From Octopus sinensis (lineage: Eukaryota): a DNA stretch of 64,000 bases. Positions within the stretch are counted from its first letter, which is position 1. The number at the start of each line of letters is the position of its first letter. The stretch spans positions 7,130,001 to 7,194,000 of the forward strand of contig NC_043002.1 of NCBI RefSeq assembly GCF_006345805.1. Direction: 5' to 3'. The notes under the pieces are model-generated. The model had not been told where the DNA came from. It worked only from the letters and a program-made list of their open reading frames with translations, and ran no database searches. Positions 1 through 12,546 of this stretch are shown here, piece by piece. A program made the translations under genes and the position numbers.

Positions 1-66
1 AAAACTCTGGAAAAAAGGAGTGAAATACTATCATGTAGATTCATCACTTTCTATCTCTATATTGAA

Positions 67-1300
67 TATTAGGCAGAGTTAAAAGTAAGCAACGTTTCGA
101 ATGGCGAAATTCACCACAATATATTTCAACAATGCGGAAATTTTATTCATCAAAGTAAGTACTATTACAATCAACACATTTTTGCCAACGAGTTACGAGT
201 TTGTTTATTCCGGTAACATAAAAGTCTAGAGTTCTGGAGCTGATGAACTCTTTGAAATCACTGTCAGCATCGGTTTGATTTTTGAGCTCCTCTCGCAGCA
301 AACCATCAAGGCACTTGAAAAAATGGTAATCGATAAGAGAAAGGTCTGGGGAATAAGCTGGGTGGAGAAGAACATCGTAGCCAAGTTCCCTCAACTTCTG
401 GAGCGTCATTAGTAAAACGTGTGGTCGAGCATCGTCATTGGCCCTTTTCTAATGAACAGTCTGGGAGGGAGGAGTAGCAGTTTTTTTTGTTCATTTTGGC
501 AATTTCATAGCAATATATTTCTATAGTAATGGTTTTTCCGGTTTCTAAGAAATCATAGTGGATAAGTCACCATAATCTTCCTTTTGAAGAGCTTCGGTCT
601 AAAGAAGGTTTTCGGTGCTTCATTTTGGTTCAACCACTGCAAAGAAAGTTTTTTTTTTTATTATTGTACAGAATCCACTTTTCATCGCAAGTTACAATTC
701 GTTCGAGAAATATATCGAACAAATTTCATAACTGTGCATTTTCTGATTTTCATTCAAAACGTGTGCCACCCATTTGTCGAGCTTTTTTTTATTTTCCGAT
801 CGCATACAAATTGTTACAGGCAGTTTTCTGGCCAACTTGGAGTTCTTTTGCCAGTTCTCGAGTGGTTTTACGTGGATTTTCCTCAACGACGGTCTTTAAT
901 TGACCGCCATCGATGACAGATGAAATATGCTCACGATCTTCAAGGCTCAGGTCTCCACTGCGAAATCGTTTAAACGATTTTCGAGCTGACCACTCACTGG
1001 TCATTTCCTTACTAAAAGTTTCGTTGATATCGCGTGCAATTTTCGCTGCTTTACGTCCATTTTTAAAAGTTGAATAACAAAATTGCTCCAATATCGCTCT
1101 TTGACAGTTCCATTTCAGATGATTGTAACAACGGTGAAAAAAAATATCAATGTTAATTTATTGATGTATTTGGGCACGTCTATGTCTGTATTATCAGACA
1201 ATTGCCAAAAAAACTTTTAAAAACTTTAAAGCTATGCAAAATTCCGGTACAAATTCTTCGTGGTTCAAAACGTTGCTTACTTTTTACCTGATACACTAAT
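67..1300 (-). mobile_element. Near full-length degenerate mariner (Tc1/mariner) DNA transposon with a frameshifted transposase
   Basis: Three minus-strand ORF pieces (789-1091 HTH region, 692-886 with KKLDKWVAHVL, 143-409 with HPAYSPDLSLIDYHFF...RWQKCVD) are collinear mariner transposase segments. Imperfect ~35-bp TIRs at 67-101 (tattaggcagagttaaaagtaagcaacgtttcgaa) and 1264-1300 (ttcaaaacgttgcttactttttacctgatacactaat). Total length ~1.23 kb. Confidence 0.93.
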
Positions 1301-1994
1301 CCTAGACAACCATAACTCATACATTCCCCTCTCAAAAGTCCTAAAAGTCCCACTACTACACTCGACCACCACACGTGATTCTTATAGTATGCCTTCAACA
1401 TCAAAAATTCACATACTCGCTTTTAATTACACCAACACCCGCAAAGCTTTCAATTCTATCCTTTACTATCTACTTATATACGCAATATTGAACTACTCTT
1501 TAATAAAGAATACAAAAAGCTGGCTAGCAGACTATCTGTTAGATTGCAAAATTTACAGAGTAAACAAAGACAGCTAAATGTGTAAATGTGTACAGTGAAC
1601 GAAAACTATTGTTTCATCTCAGCTACGTTTTGCGCTCCATACGCAGATGATAGCATAATCATCGCATCATTCCACCCAAACTCAGCTGCACAACTACTTC
1701 AACGCTATATAAATCAACGAGATGCTTGATTCCAAAGCAATAGTAGTATATATTATATTCCCTATTTCGCTTCCCTCCTACATTACTAGAGAACTGCAAA
1801 TGTAACCAATCAACTCGCTCAACACAGGGAAAGCTCAGTTATATCTTTTTATACTGATTTGTTGAAAAGAGCGAGAGCTTATAAGCTCAGGTATAGATGG
1901 CCTAATGCACAATGGATCAAATGTATCGTTATACAGTGTTATTCTTGTTTCCTTGAGTTAGGCCACTGTTTAACCTGCGCGTGCTCCAAATATA

Positions 1995-2224
1995 TATTTC
2001 TTTACTACCCACAAGGTGCTAAACACAGAGAGGACAAACAAGGACAGACAAACGGATTAAGTCGATTACATCGACCCCAGTGCGTAACCGGTACTTAATT
2101 TATCGACCCCGAAAGGATGAAAGGCAAAGTCGACCTCGGCGGAATTTGAACTCAGACCGTTACGGCAGACGAAATACGGCTACGCATTTCGCTCGGCGTG
2201 CTAACGCTTCTGCCAGCTCGCCGC
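1995..2224 (-). mobile_element. tRNA-derived SINE family A (probable MetaSINE/MESC-type core), full length
   Basis: Reverse complement reads ggcggcgagctggcag (A box)...gagttcaaattcc (B box)...gcctttcatcctttcggggtcgataaattaagtacc core...gtaaagaaata tail. More than 15 copies in the window. Confidence 0.92.
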
Positions 2225-2724
2225 GTACTCCAAATATATTAGAAGGTTCCACCGTTACAGCTTTCAGGTCATTTGCTGCTACAAGGGACAAGGGAAAATG
2301 AGTCGATTCTGGCTTTCATTGTTCAGATATCGACAAAAAACAAATATAATCAAGTATCGGTGTCATTATACCCGACTGCAATCTCCCCTGCTTACTTTGT
2401 TTCTTTCATTTTCTCTTCCTTTGTATTGACTAAACTTTTAAGATTTATTATTCGTAATACTGCATATTGTACCCTGAACTGCATATGAAGCTTCTTAAAT
2501 TATAACTTAATGGGTCGATTCGATTTCAGCTGAATAATGTATCATATACCCCACCGCTAGAAAAATATTGGTCCATGGCTAATTTATAGCTAGGCGCTCT
2601 GCACTCTATGAAAAGTTAACGCTTTCATGATACTCAGTTTTGTAAGAGTGGGTGAATGTGTGCGTATGTGTGTGTTATGTGTGTGTGTGTGTGGGAGGGG
2701 TAACAAGAAATATTTATTAATTTC

Positions 2725-3062
2725 AATATAGGATTCTTTGTCTGTCTTCAATGTAATTGCTGTAGAGTTCAAGCCACTTCCTGAAGGCCCTACAGAGGTT
2801 CTCCAAATTGAAGGTGACCATGGCTCTTTTGACAGGCTTTTTCATCGCTATGTCTTGGAAGACAACAAAATGTCACAGGGATCAATGTATGGACTATAGG
2901 GAGGGTGAAGGACAGCCTTGATGGCCATCCCTGTCAGGTAGTTAGTTACAGTGATGGAATTGCGGACTAGTGCATTATCCTGGTGTAGGTGCCACCGATC
3001 TGCGCGTTCTCCTTCAGCTTGGAAGACAACAAAATGTTACAGGGAGCAATGTATGAACTGTA
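2725..3062 (-). mobile_element. Mariner transposase C-terminal fragment with an internal duplication
   Basis: Minus strand translates as WHLHQDNALVRNSITVTNYLTGMAIKAVLHPPYSPYIDPCDILLSSK (HDNA and HPPYSPDL motifs). The YSP..PC segment is duplicated at ~3018-3060. Confidence 0.85.
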
Positions 3063-3639
3063 GAAATAATTTCTTGGGTGAGGCAAGACGGGATATTCTA
3101 CATAATTACTCGATTTATATACATAGCAGCCAAAACTCCCTCAAGTCATAGCTTACCATCTTCCAAAGGCTACGGCAGTGGGGGAGTGATTTGGATAATG
3201 CAGTCCTAGACACAATATTGAAAAAAAAACAATAATAATAAGATGCCATTGTCATGGGCGGAATGTCTTTGATAATAAATTGGCCTGATGATTAGAGCAG
3301 GGGTGGCTAATCTACAATAACAAAAGCAGTAGCAGCATTATTTCGATAAATGATTTGTTATTTTAGTTCGAGTATTTCAATGATCTTTTCCCTCCTTATT
3401 CAAACATGATACAGACGAATTGAGTTATGTCTGATGCAACCGTTACAACTTTTTTTTTGTAGTTGCTGTTGTTGTTGTTGTTGTTGATGTTTGGAGTCGA
3501 GACTAATGTGCGTTTCTATGTTTGTGTCTCTCTCTCTCTCTGTACGTGTATTTACGTATATATGTATGTACATAATCCCTCGTTTTTTTCGTAAGATAAT
3601 CACTGAATTGTGTTTGTTTCGTGCGGAAAAAAGATGTGT

Positions 3640-3709
3640 GTGCGTGCATGTATGTATATATGTATGTATATGTATATGAATAAATATATCTATGTATATG
3701 TGTGCGTAT

Positions 3710-3743
<34 letters not shown>

Positions 3744-3781
3744 ATACATGTATATATATACATATATATATATATACATAC

Positions 3782-3817
<36 letters not shown>

Positions 3818-3883
3818 ATACATATATATATACATACATATATATAAACATATATATATATACATGCATGCATATATACATAG

Positions 3884-3962
<79 letters not shown>

Positions 3963-3980
3963 ATATATACATATATATAT
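3640..3980. repeat. Compound (TA)n/(TACA)n/(CA)n microsatellite
   Basis: Directly visible; source of the YIYI-type ORFs. Confidence 0.97.
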
Positions 3981-4559
3981 TAGCAGATCATGAAACATGA
4001 CTTCATTTTCTGCTTGACCGTGCTATTTTAGCATTTATTTACTTTTGATAAACTTTCATTGAATTCTGTGTTTATTTATTCTATGTATATTGTTTTAGGA
4101 TACTACACTTATTATTGCTGCTGTTGTTGTTGTTGTTGTTGTTGTTATTTCTTTGTTTTAGTCTGTGATTTTATTTCTATTTATTTTTTTTTTTTTTGGT
4201 ATTATTTCTGTTTCTTTCTTGTTAGTTTATTTTAGCTTGGTTTAATAAGGTATTTGCCTGGTTGGAATCTAATTGGTCACGGTGGAAGATCAACGGTTAA
4301 AAAGAAAAAAAATAAATAATAAAACATTTGTCGTGCGTAACAATAGAAATAATGACAATATATTTACGCTTCAGGTGACAAAATAAGCCAAAAACATTTG
4401 TTTTAAAGAAGAATGAAAGAGAAAAGAAAACATATTTTGCAAATTTGTTTTTATTTTATTTTTATTTCATTTTGGAAATGATAATTTTTCGCAGTCATAT
4501 TTTCTTGTTCTATTGGACTCTTTTGTTTGTTTTTTTTGCTTCTCACACGCGCGCGCACA

Positions 4560-4603
4560 TGTACATTTGTATTTATACATAGATACATATATATATACAT
4601 GTG

Positions 4604-4634
<31 letters not shown>

Positions 4635-4726
4635 ATATATATTCTTTATACAAATACATATTTATATTATATATATATATGTATATATACACGTACATAT
4701 ATATATATATGTATATATATACATAT

Positions 4727-4769
<43 letters not shown>

Positions 4770-4819
4770 TATATACATATATACATACATATGTATATAT
4801 ATATATATATGTATACATA

Positions 4820-4873
<54 letters not shown>

Positions 4874-4903
4874 CACATACATACACACACATATGTGTGT
4901 GTA
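4560..4903. repeat. Compound (TA)n/(CA)n microsatellite
   Basis: Directly visible. Confidence 0.97.
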
Positions 4904-5455
4904 TCACAGATTGTCGCTCTTCGAGATGGCATTAATATTATTGATATTTATATCGTTGTTGCTTTTGCTGTTGTTGTTGTTAGAATAGCTACAGTAGTTA
5001 TTTTAGAAATAAATAAATAATAAAATCAACATATATATATAAAAATAAGAAGATCAAAGACTATGTGAAACAGAATGAGTTCGATTATTTGTTGGCATAA
5101 TTTCCCGGAGATCTGTATATACAGCCCATATGTCATAGAATGCTTTAGAGATATTGCTTCCCAGATAGATTGATTGGACGAGGGGAAAAAAATTCATGTT
5201 ATATTTTCATTAGTATTTTTGCTGTTGTAGTTATTGTTAATCTTGTTGTATTTTCGTCTTTTCATGTCTTCTCTTATGAAATTATCAGATTCGTGAGAGA
5301 GTGATAGTTATTTCCTTTCAGCGAAGAAAAAAAAAAGTAGATATAAAAATGTGAAATAAAATTACATAATATGATGAATGGGATGTGTAAAAATCATCAG
5401 GTTTTTTTTGCTAACATTCTATGATCTGCAAAATCCCTCATTTGTTTTGTTGTTC

Positions 5456-5492
<37 letters not shown>

Positions 5493-6153
5493 ACAACTAC
5501 CGTAGCAGCGGTTGCAGTAGAAATGTTTCTTTTGAAATCCGTGTTATTACTATTGGGAAAAATCATCAGGTTTATTTTATAAATAGAAAACAAAAATATG
5601 ATCAGCTAAAAAGAACACAAAACAAATTTCTTTCAGATCGTTGATACAAAATCAAAATACCACGCAATTCATCAATTTTTCCCTTTTAAGTATTTCACTG
5701 TGGTTAGATGTCCCAATGATATTCCGAGTACTAAAATAAAATTCTTTGGAACGTGTAGCTTTTCATATTAAAATACCATGACGCATTAGCTGGATTTCCA
5801 TTTAAATTTTAAAAACTGACAACGCAGCAAGCGAAAAGTTCGTTGCTAGCAATTTTACAAATAGAAAAAAAAAATGGCATTTTTGCAAATATTTTTTTGA
5901 TAGTATTTGAGAATCTTCATGGACCTTACTGTATTTAGTGTGCATATATATAGACTTCCAGTAAGTGTATGTCTGATGGTATCAGCCTTAGCTTTAGTAT
6001 TTCGGACTACAGATAGTATTTTGATTTTTTATTGTTACTAAATGAACTCATGAAAGAGACTCTATGAGGACAATCAACTTGTTAGAAATAGCAGCCAAAC
6101 TCTCAGAAATTGCATGCAACTTTTTAGCTCAGAATGAAAGAAAGGATATATTT

Positions 6154-6375
6154 TATTTCTTTACTACCCACAAGGGACTAAACACAGAGGGGACAAACAT
6201 GGAAAGACAAAAAGATTAAGTCGATTATATCGACACCAGTGCGTAACTGGTACTTAATTTATCGACCCCGAAAGGATGAAAGGCAAAGTCGACCTCGGCG
6301 GAATTTGAACTCAGAACGTAACAGCAGACGAAATACGGCTACGCATTTCGTCCGGCGTGCTAACGATTCTGCCAG
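6154..6375 (-). mobile_element. SINE family A, slightly 5'-truncated, with target site duplication
   Basis: Family A sequence flanked by the direct repeat agaaaggatatatt (6139-6152 and 6374-6387). Confidence 0.92.
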
Positions 6376-7104
6376 AAAGGATATATTGGATATTATTTCC
6401 TAAAATAGATTGTTTGAATAAAAAGCAAATGATCACGGCTAGAATGTTGTTGGTAATAGATTTACTTGATCAGGGCTACACTTGGAGTTAAAAATCAACA
6501 ACAACAATAACAACAGTAGCTGTGCAAATTAGAATTGCTTGCTGACTAGCAATTAACTCTAAAGGACGGATTGTATTTCATGTTGCATCAAATTTTCTTT
6601 ATCATTCACGTGTAGTGCTTTGAATTTGCAGTCCTGCCAAAGTTGTCAGCGCTCTATTTGCATTGTATCAGTCTCCACTTTTAAATAGAAGACATTTATA
6701 GTCGCATCTTGTCTGGTCAGTAGCCGCGTAGTATTACATCGCTGATTCAAGAGCAGAGAGTAGAAGAAATCTCATTGAAAATTGACTTTTTCACTTCCGT
6801 TTTTTTCTTTTTTGCTATATGGCAATATCTCGCAGCGATCTTAACCAACAGAATAACACTCAGAAATGCAGGCTAACTTTCTTAGATGTCTTTGTTTCTA
6901 TCTAGCATTTAGCTATGATTATACGTGAAAATATTTTCCAGATTTCGCTGTGATGTTTGGCGAATTTACAATTTTCTGTCAGTGATTATTTATATATTTG
7001 TTATCAACAGAAAAAAAATGGTGAACTTTGTTGCATTGAGTAGCTGTATTCCTAATTGTGTCATTGGCATTGATTTTGGAGGCGTCTTATTGCACAAGGT
7101 TTAA

Positions 7105-7290
7105 AGCAGCGACTTGGCAGAATCGTTAACACTTCGGGCAAAATTTCTATCCGACACTTTATGTTCTCAGTTCAAATCCCGCTGAAATTGACTTCGCCTC
7201 TCATCCTTTCGATAAAATAAAGTGCCAGCCATATACTGAGATTGATGTACTCAAACTGCTGGCCTTGTGCCAAATTTAGAAAGAATTTTT
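7105..7290 (+). mobile_element. Old degenerate family A-related SINE with the ggccttgtgccaaa tail variant
   Basis: gcagcgacttggcagaatcgttaac head, agttcaaatcccg B box, gcctctcatcctttcgataaaataaagtgccag core. Confidence 0.7.
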
Positions 7291-7416
7291 ATAACAAAGT
7301 TTGAGTAATTTAAAATGATGCACATACACACACGTAATGTAATCGGTAAAACTAAGCACGTGTCTGTCTTGGCACAGAAAGATGGGGTTTGTTTTCAGAT
7401 TTCATTTACACTGAAC

Positions 7417-7495
7417 GATTGTACTGATGAGGCCACGGACATTTGAATTATGTAAGTAATTCTTTTGTTAAAGGCCGAAACCGAGGTATGCAATT
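7417..7495 (+). ncRNA. Type I hammerhead ribozyme
   Basis: Helix I GAUUGUA (7417-7423) pairs with UGCAAUU (7489-7495). Core CUGAUGA at 7424-7430. Helix II is closed by GGCC/GGCC with an inner GAAUUA/UAAUUC hairpin. GAAA at 7477-7480, short helix III ACC/GGU, predicted cleavage after GUA (7488). Confidence 0.82.
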
Positions 7496-7694
7496 AATTC
7501 TGTTTTTTATATGAATTTTCATCTGTCCTCCCCGCCAAATTTGGTTCTGGTGTTCGCTGAATTTTTCCTCTAGAAAACTTTCTTTGTAGTTTGATCGTTG
7601 ATGATCTATTTCTAGCATACGGCCGACTACCTAGCAGTCTTGCCCTGCCAATATACACATATATTAGAATTTTCTCTGATTTCTCAGATTTTTT

Positions 7695-7775
7695 GTAAGC
7701 TAGACTACTGGTTTTAAATTGATATTAAAATTAATATTAATTTATCTCCCTCATTATTTAAATATATATATATAT
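7695..7775 (+). repeat. 3' end of a (TA)n-abutting repeat family shared with 16.5-17.0 kb
   Basis: gctagactactggttttaaattgatattaaaattaatattaatttatctccctcattattt is the reverse complement of the repeats at 16485-16530 and 16900-16960, and runs into (TA)n. Confidence 0.75.
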
Positions 7776-8059
7776 CTGTATGCGTGCGTGTATGTGTATA
7801 TGAGAGCAAACTCAATAACAATCTCAAACTCCTCTTTGTCAAATTCAATTTCGTGACAGTCAATCTCAGTTCCGTTGTCAACTTAATTTCGTCATCGACA
7901 ACTAAAATGATATCGGCAGTGTAGAATAGACGGAGTTTCGTTTTTATAAATAAATATTGACAAAATTATAAAACGATGTAAACATTAAAATATTTTGTGA
8001 AAGATTATAATCCTTTTGCAGTAATAAAATATACCCACATACATTTACTCTATTGTAAC

Positions 8060-8096
<37 letters not shown>

Positions 8097-8199
8097 GCAT
8101 ATATATATATACATATATATATATACATACATATATACTATATATATACATATATATATATATATGCATATATATATATATATATGCATATATATATGC

Positions 8200-8234
<35 letters not shown>

Positions 8235-8706
8235 CATATATATATACATATATATATACATAATATATACATATATATTATATATATATATATACATATA
8301 TATATCATATATATATACTATATATATATATACTATATATATATATATACATATATATATATACATATATATATATACATATATTATATATACATATATA
8401 TATTACATATATATATATACTATATATATACATATATATATATACATATATATATACATATATATATATACTATATATATATACATATTATATATACATA
8501 TATATATATACATATATATTATACATATATATATATACATATATATATATACATATATATATATACATATATATATATCATATATATATACATATATATA
8601 TATAACATATATATATATACTATATATATATACATATATATATATACATATACATATATATATACATATATAATATACATATATATATATACATATATAT
8701 ATATAC

Positions 8707-8741
<35 letters not shown>

Positions 8742-8749
8742 CTATATAC

Positions 8750-8805
<56 letters not shown>

Positions 8806-9047
8806 CTATATATATACATATATATATATATTATATATATATATATATATATAATATATATATATATGCATATATATAGATATATAGAGATATATAGATA
8901 TATATGCATATATATATAGATATATATATATATATAATGCATATATATATATATATATATATGCATATATATATATATATATATATATATGATATATATA
9001 TATATATATATGATATATATATATATATATATATATATAGATAAGAA

Positions 9048-9078
<31 letters not shown>

Positions 9079-9085
9079 GCATATA
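8060..9085. repeat. ~1-kb interrupted (TA)n microsatellite
   Basis: Directly visible; mostly C-interrupted in the first ~750 bp and G-interrupted in the last ~250 bp. Confidence 0.97.
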
Positions 9086-9091
9086 TTTATA

Positions 9092-9218
9092 TACTGTGAG
9101 AATTTACAAAAAAAAAGCAAAATACGAAGATGGCTGTGTAAACAACAAACAGATGTATTAGTTTTAATGCTCGGGAAGTGAGAAAATCTTTTACGTTTCG
9201 AGCTGACGCTCTTCGACA
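9092..9218 (-). mobile_element. Short (TA)n-embedded repeat with a variant hammerhead-like motif (second copy at 40470-40628)
   Basis: Reverse complement tgtcgaagagcgtcagctcgaaacgtaaaaga...actaatacatctgtttg...gtaaattctcac aligns with 40496-40627. Both copies end on (TA)n. Confidence 0.7.
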
Positions 9219-9479
9219 TATATATATATATATAGCGCTACAAAGGCAAAAAATAAATAACATCAGTTTGACCTTTTATTCATTATTCCCATTTCTTAAC
9301 TCTCTTAATATATTCCCCACAAAAAAAATCCCCCCCAGTCATCTTCGGTATTCTAGTAACTCAGTTTTGTATCGATCACTATACTGTATATTGATCTTCA
9401 CCGGTATTCAATTATATGAATTAGTGTACTTGTAGCTACGATGAACACCTACAAATAACCGGCGTATCTGAGGATCAGG

Positions 9480-9688
9480 ACACCCCCATCAGGCGGATTT
9501 TTCTCCGTTTTGACGGGGATTTTTCCTCTGATTTTTTACTATGCCGTTTTCAATTATTTTTTCTTCCATAAAAAGCTGCCTTTCACACCTCCAATGCCTG
9601 CCACCATCATTTCAAAAGGCGTAGTGAAAATATTTTGAAAAAAATTCCCGTCAAAACGGAGAGAATCCAACTTATGTTATGAGGGTGT
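9480..9688. mobile_element. MITE-like foldback element
   Basis: ~45-bp imperfect terminal inverted repeats (ggattttctccgttttgacggggattttt / aaaaattcccgtcaaaacggagagaatcc) plus an inner IR (actatgccgtttt / aaaaggcgtagt). Confidence 0.7.
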
Positions 9689-10525
9689 TGTGTGTGTATG
9701 TGTGTGTGGGGGGGGAGAAATAGTATGCGAGTGTGTGAGTGTGCGTGTGTGAATGAGTGTGTGTGTATGTGTGCTTGTGTGAGTATGTGTGTCTGTGTGT
9801 GTGTGTGCATTCTATTATTCATGTATGTACATATGTATCGATAATTAAATCTAAACTAGTGTACATGTGTTGAAATGAGTGAACATGTTTGTAGAAACTC
9901 ATTTTTTTATGTATGTATGTGTGTGCGTGTATGTGCATGTATATAGTATGGAAGAAACTTAAGTGGATAGAAAAGCCGGGAGTTATTGAATTTACTCGGA
10001 AAATACGAAATTAATGACGGGTTATATTTGAATTAATGACAAGTCTATAAAATAACACGTCTTTCATCATAGATTTGTTATGTCGTTACTTAACAGCTGC
10101 TCTTTATTAGTTAATCGGATGAAATTTAAAGAAGAAACACAAACGCGAATTCATAGACTTTCGTTTCTACTCCATTGGTTTGAGCAATAGTCGAGTATAA
10201 ATGAAGGCCTAAAGTAAGAGGCAGAGAACGAAAATGAGGGAATGAAGGGTATTTATGCGAGACAGGAAAAAATCATATGTGAGATTGATTAGATGGAACA
10301 CATTGGTGACGGCACATATACCTGTCGACAGTTTTAGTAATTCAACTTTAAAATATTGAAGAACGTCGCTAAATTGTTATGTATGTAATTACTACATTCA
10401 ACGCACCATTTAAAATTTAGACGCAGGCATGAGCGTGTGGTTAAAGAGGCTTTCTTTGAAACCGTAAGTTTAGCGTTCCATACCACTTCAGAGAACCTAA
10501 GGGAATTATATTTTTCAATCGTGAA

Positions 10526-10760
10526 GGCGGCGAGCTGGCAGAAACGTTTGCACGCCGAGCGAAATGCGTAGCCGTATTTCGTCTGTCGCTACGTTTTGAG
10601 TTCAAATTACGCCGAGGTTGACTTTGCCTTTCATCCCTTCGGGGTCGATTAAATAAGTACCAGTTACGCACTGGGGTCGATATAATCGACTTAATCCGTT
10701 TGTCTGTCCTTGTTTGTCCCCTCTGTGTTTAGCCCCTTGTGGGTAGTAAAGAAATAGGTA
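10526..10760 (+). mobile_element. SINE family A, full length
   Basis: Complete head, core and tail. Confidence 0.92.
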
Positions 10761-10809
10761 TTCTTCGATCGTCACAAGTTGCTCACATTCGTCAATCACA
10801 TCGACAACT

Positions 10810-11175
10810 GAATGGTATTTGTCTTATTGACCCTGAAAGGATGAAATGCAAAGTCAACCTTGGTGGAATTTGAATTCAGAACGTAAAAGAATCGGAAGAA
10901 ATGACGCTTTGCGTTATATCCGGCATACCAACGATTTTGCCAGGTCCCGACTAATAATACTAATAATACTAATCCTTTCTTAAGATAAGAGCAAGATCTG
11001 AAAATTTGGGGACGGGGGATAGGTGATTACATTGACTACAGAGGTCAACTTGTACTTATTTCAGCACCTCCAAAAGGATGCAAAATCGATCTCAGCGGAA
11101 TTTGAACTCAAAAAATAAAAACGGACGAATTACCGATAAGTACTTTTTCCGGCGTGCTGACGATTCTGCCAACAC
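10810..11175 (-). mobile_element. Two degenerate family A-related SINE copies
   Basis: gaccctgaaaggatgaaatgcaaagtcaaccttggtggaatttgaa and cagcggaatttgaactc segments. Confidence 0.7.
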
Positions 11176-11596
11176 ACCGCCAGATTTTAGAAGCTGAAAG
11201 GTCTTTCTCCAGTCATAAGATCATAGAGATAGTCTTCTGGATTCTGTGACGAATATATTTCACCACCTGAATGCACGCCAGTCCGTTGCAGGGTTATTCA
11301 TTTTTGCCAGCTGAATGTACTGGAGCAACGTGAAATGAGGTATTTTGTTCAAGATCACAATGCACTACTCATTCCAGAAATTGAAACCTCAGTTATAATA
11401 ATAATGATGATGTAATCTCAAGTTTTAAAACAAATATGATTTTTGTATGGTTTTTTAGGCATTCACTAGTACAACACTAAGTACAAAACCAAATATATGG
11501 CACCCTAAGCATAACACCAACACGAACTTCCAAATTGAGGTCTCTAGGTGAGACTTGGAGCCAGCTTGTGCAAATGTAAAGCAAAAGTCAAACATA

Positions 11597-11645
<49 letters not shown>

Positions 11646-11794
11646 GGTTTCAAATTTTAGCACAAGACCAGCAATTTCGGGGAGGGAGTAAAACGATTAC
11701 ATTGATCCCAGTATGCCGCTAAGCATTGTGTCCGGCATGATAACAAGTCTGCCATTTCGCTGCCTTAATAACAACAAAAAACAAAACAACTATA

Positions 11795-12352
11795 ATAATG
11801 ATAAAATATGCCCTGATGTAGTACCAAGCAATGGCTCACGTAGCTTCTGATCTTAACTGATTGGAAGTACATTGTTTTGTCTTGGTATAAATGATGAGCT
11901 ACAGCAAATATTCTGCTCAATACCACAGATTTGCTTGTCAGTTGTTTGACCTTAACCAGTTCAGCATGTCCCTTAGTGGCTGACGATATGTGCATCTCTG
12001 ATCACGAGCAGAAGTAGCGGGGGAGCATCATAGCCATGTGTTGAGAGGGATTCTTTTGGGGTTTGAATAATGCACCTCTGGAAACATGGGTGCTTCGTTC
12101 AACATTCTTAAACAACCCTTATTCAGGGACCTTTTGAGCGGGATGGGTTACTTGACCTGAAAAAAATTCTAACTGGGCCCCACCTGCAAGGTCATGCGCT
12201 GTTTATCTTGATATGAGATCACCATGTCGCGCACATATGGTCGGGATGCATGTGCCTGGTGTACCCTTATCAGACGGGTAGTCATGATGGGTATGCTGGG
12301 CTTCGTATATTTTACCCCAGCGTCACTTTGATGGCATGCACTGCTTTCTCAC
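11795..12352 (+). mobile_element. Putative ~560-bp non-autonomous retroelement or LINE 3' region ending in an (AAT)n tail
   Basis: Complex, relatively GC-rich block bounded by AAT tracts and ending abruptly in (AAT)n. Single copy in the window; class not determined. Confidence 0.4.
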
Positions 12353-12370
12353 TCAATAATAATAATAATA

Positions 12371-12409
<39 letters not shown>

Positions 12410-12448
12410 TGATGATGATGATAATAATAATAATAATAACAATAAAAT

Positions 12449-12488
<40 letters not shown>

Positions 12489-12546
12489 AATAATGATAAT
12501 AAGGATAATGATGATGATGATGATGATAATAATAATAATAATAATA
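12353..12546. repeat. (AAT)n/(GAT)n microsatellite
   Basis: Directly visible. Confidence 0.97.

Noticed and set aside
2080-2301. Recurrent ORF MRNWYL..RPRKDERQSRPRRNLNSE (also 10441, 22310, 32199, 41427)
   Set aside because: Antisense reading of SINE family A; the recurrence reflects the repeat, not a protein family.
3400-9219. Long ORFs rich in YI/CV/HT (e.g. 3400-3972, 8095-8673, 8184-8879) and similar ORFs at 24-25, 40.6 and 57.2 kb
   Set aside because: They are translations of (TA)n/(TG)n microsatellites, which lack stop codons in some frames; not genes.
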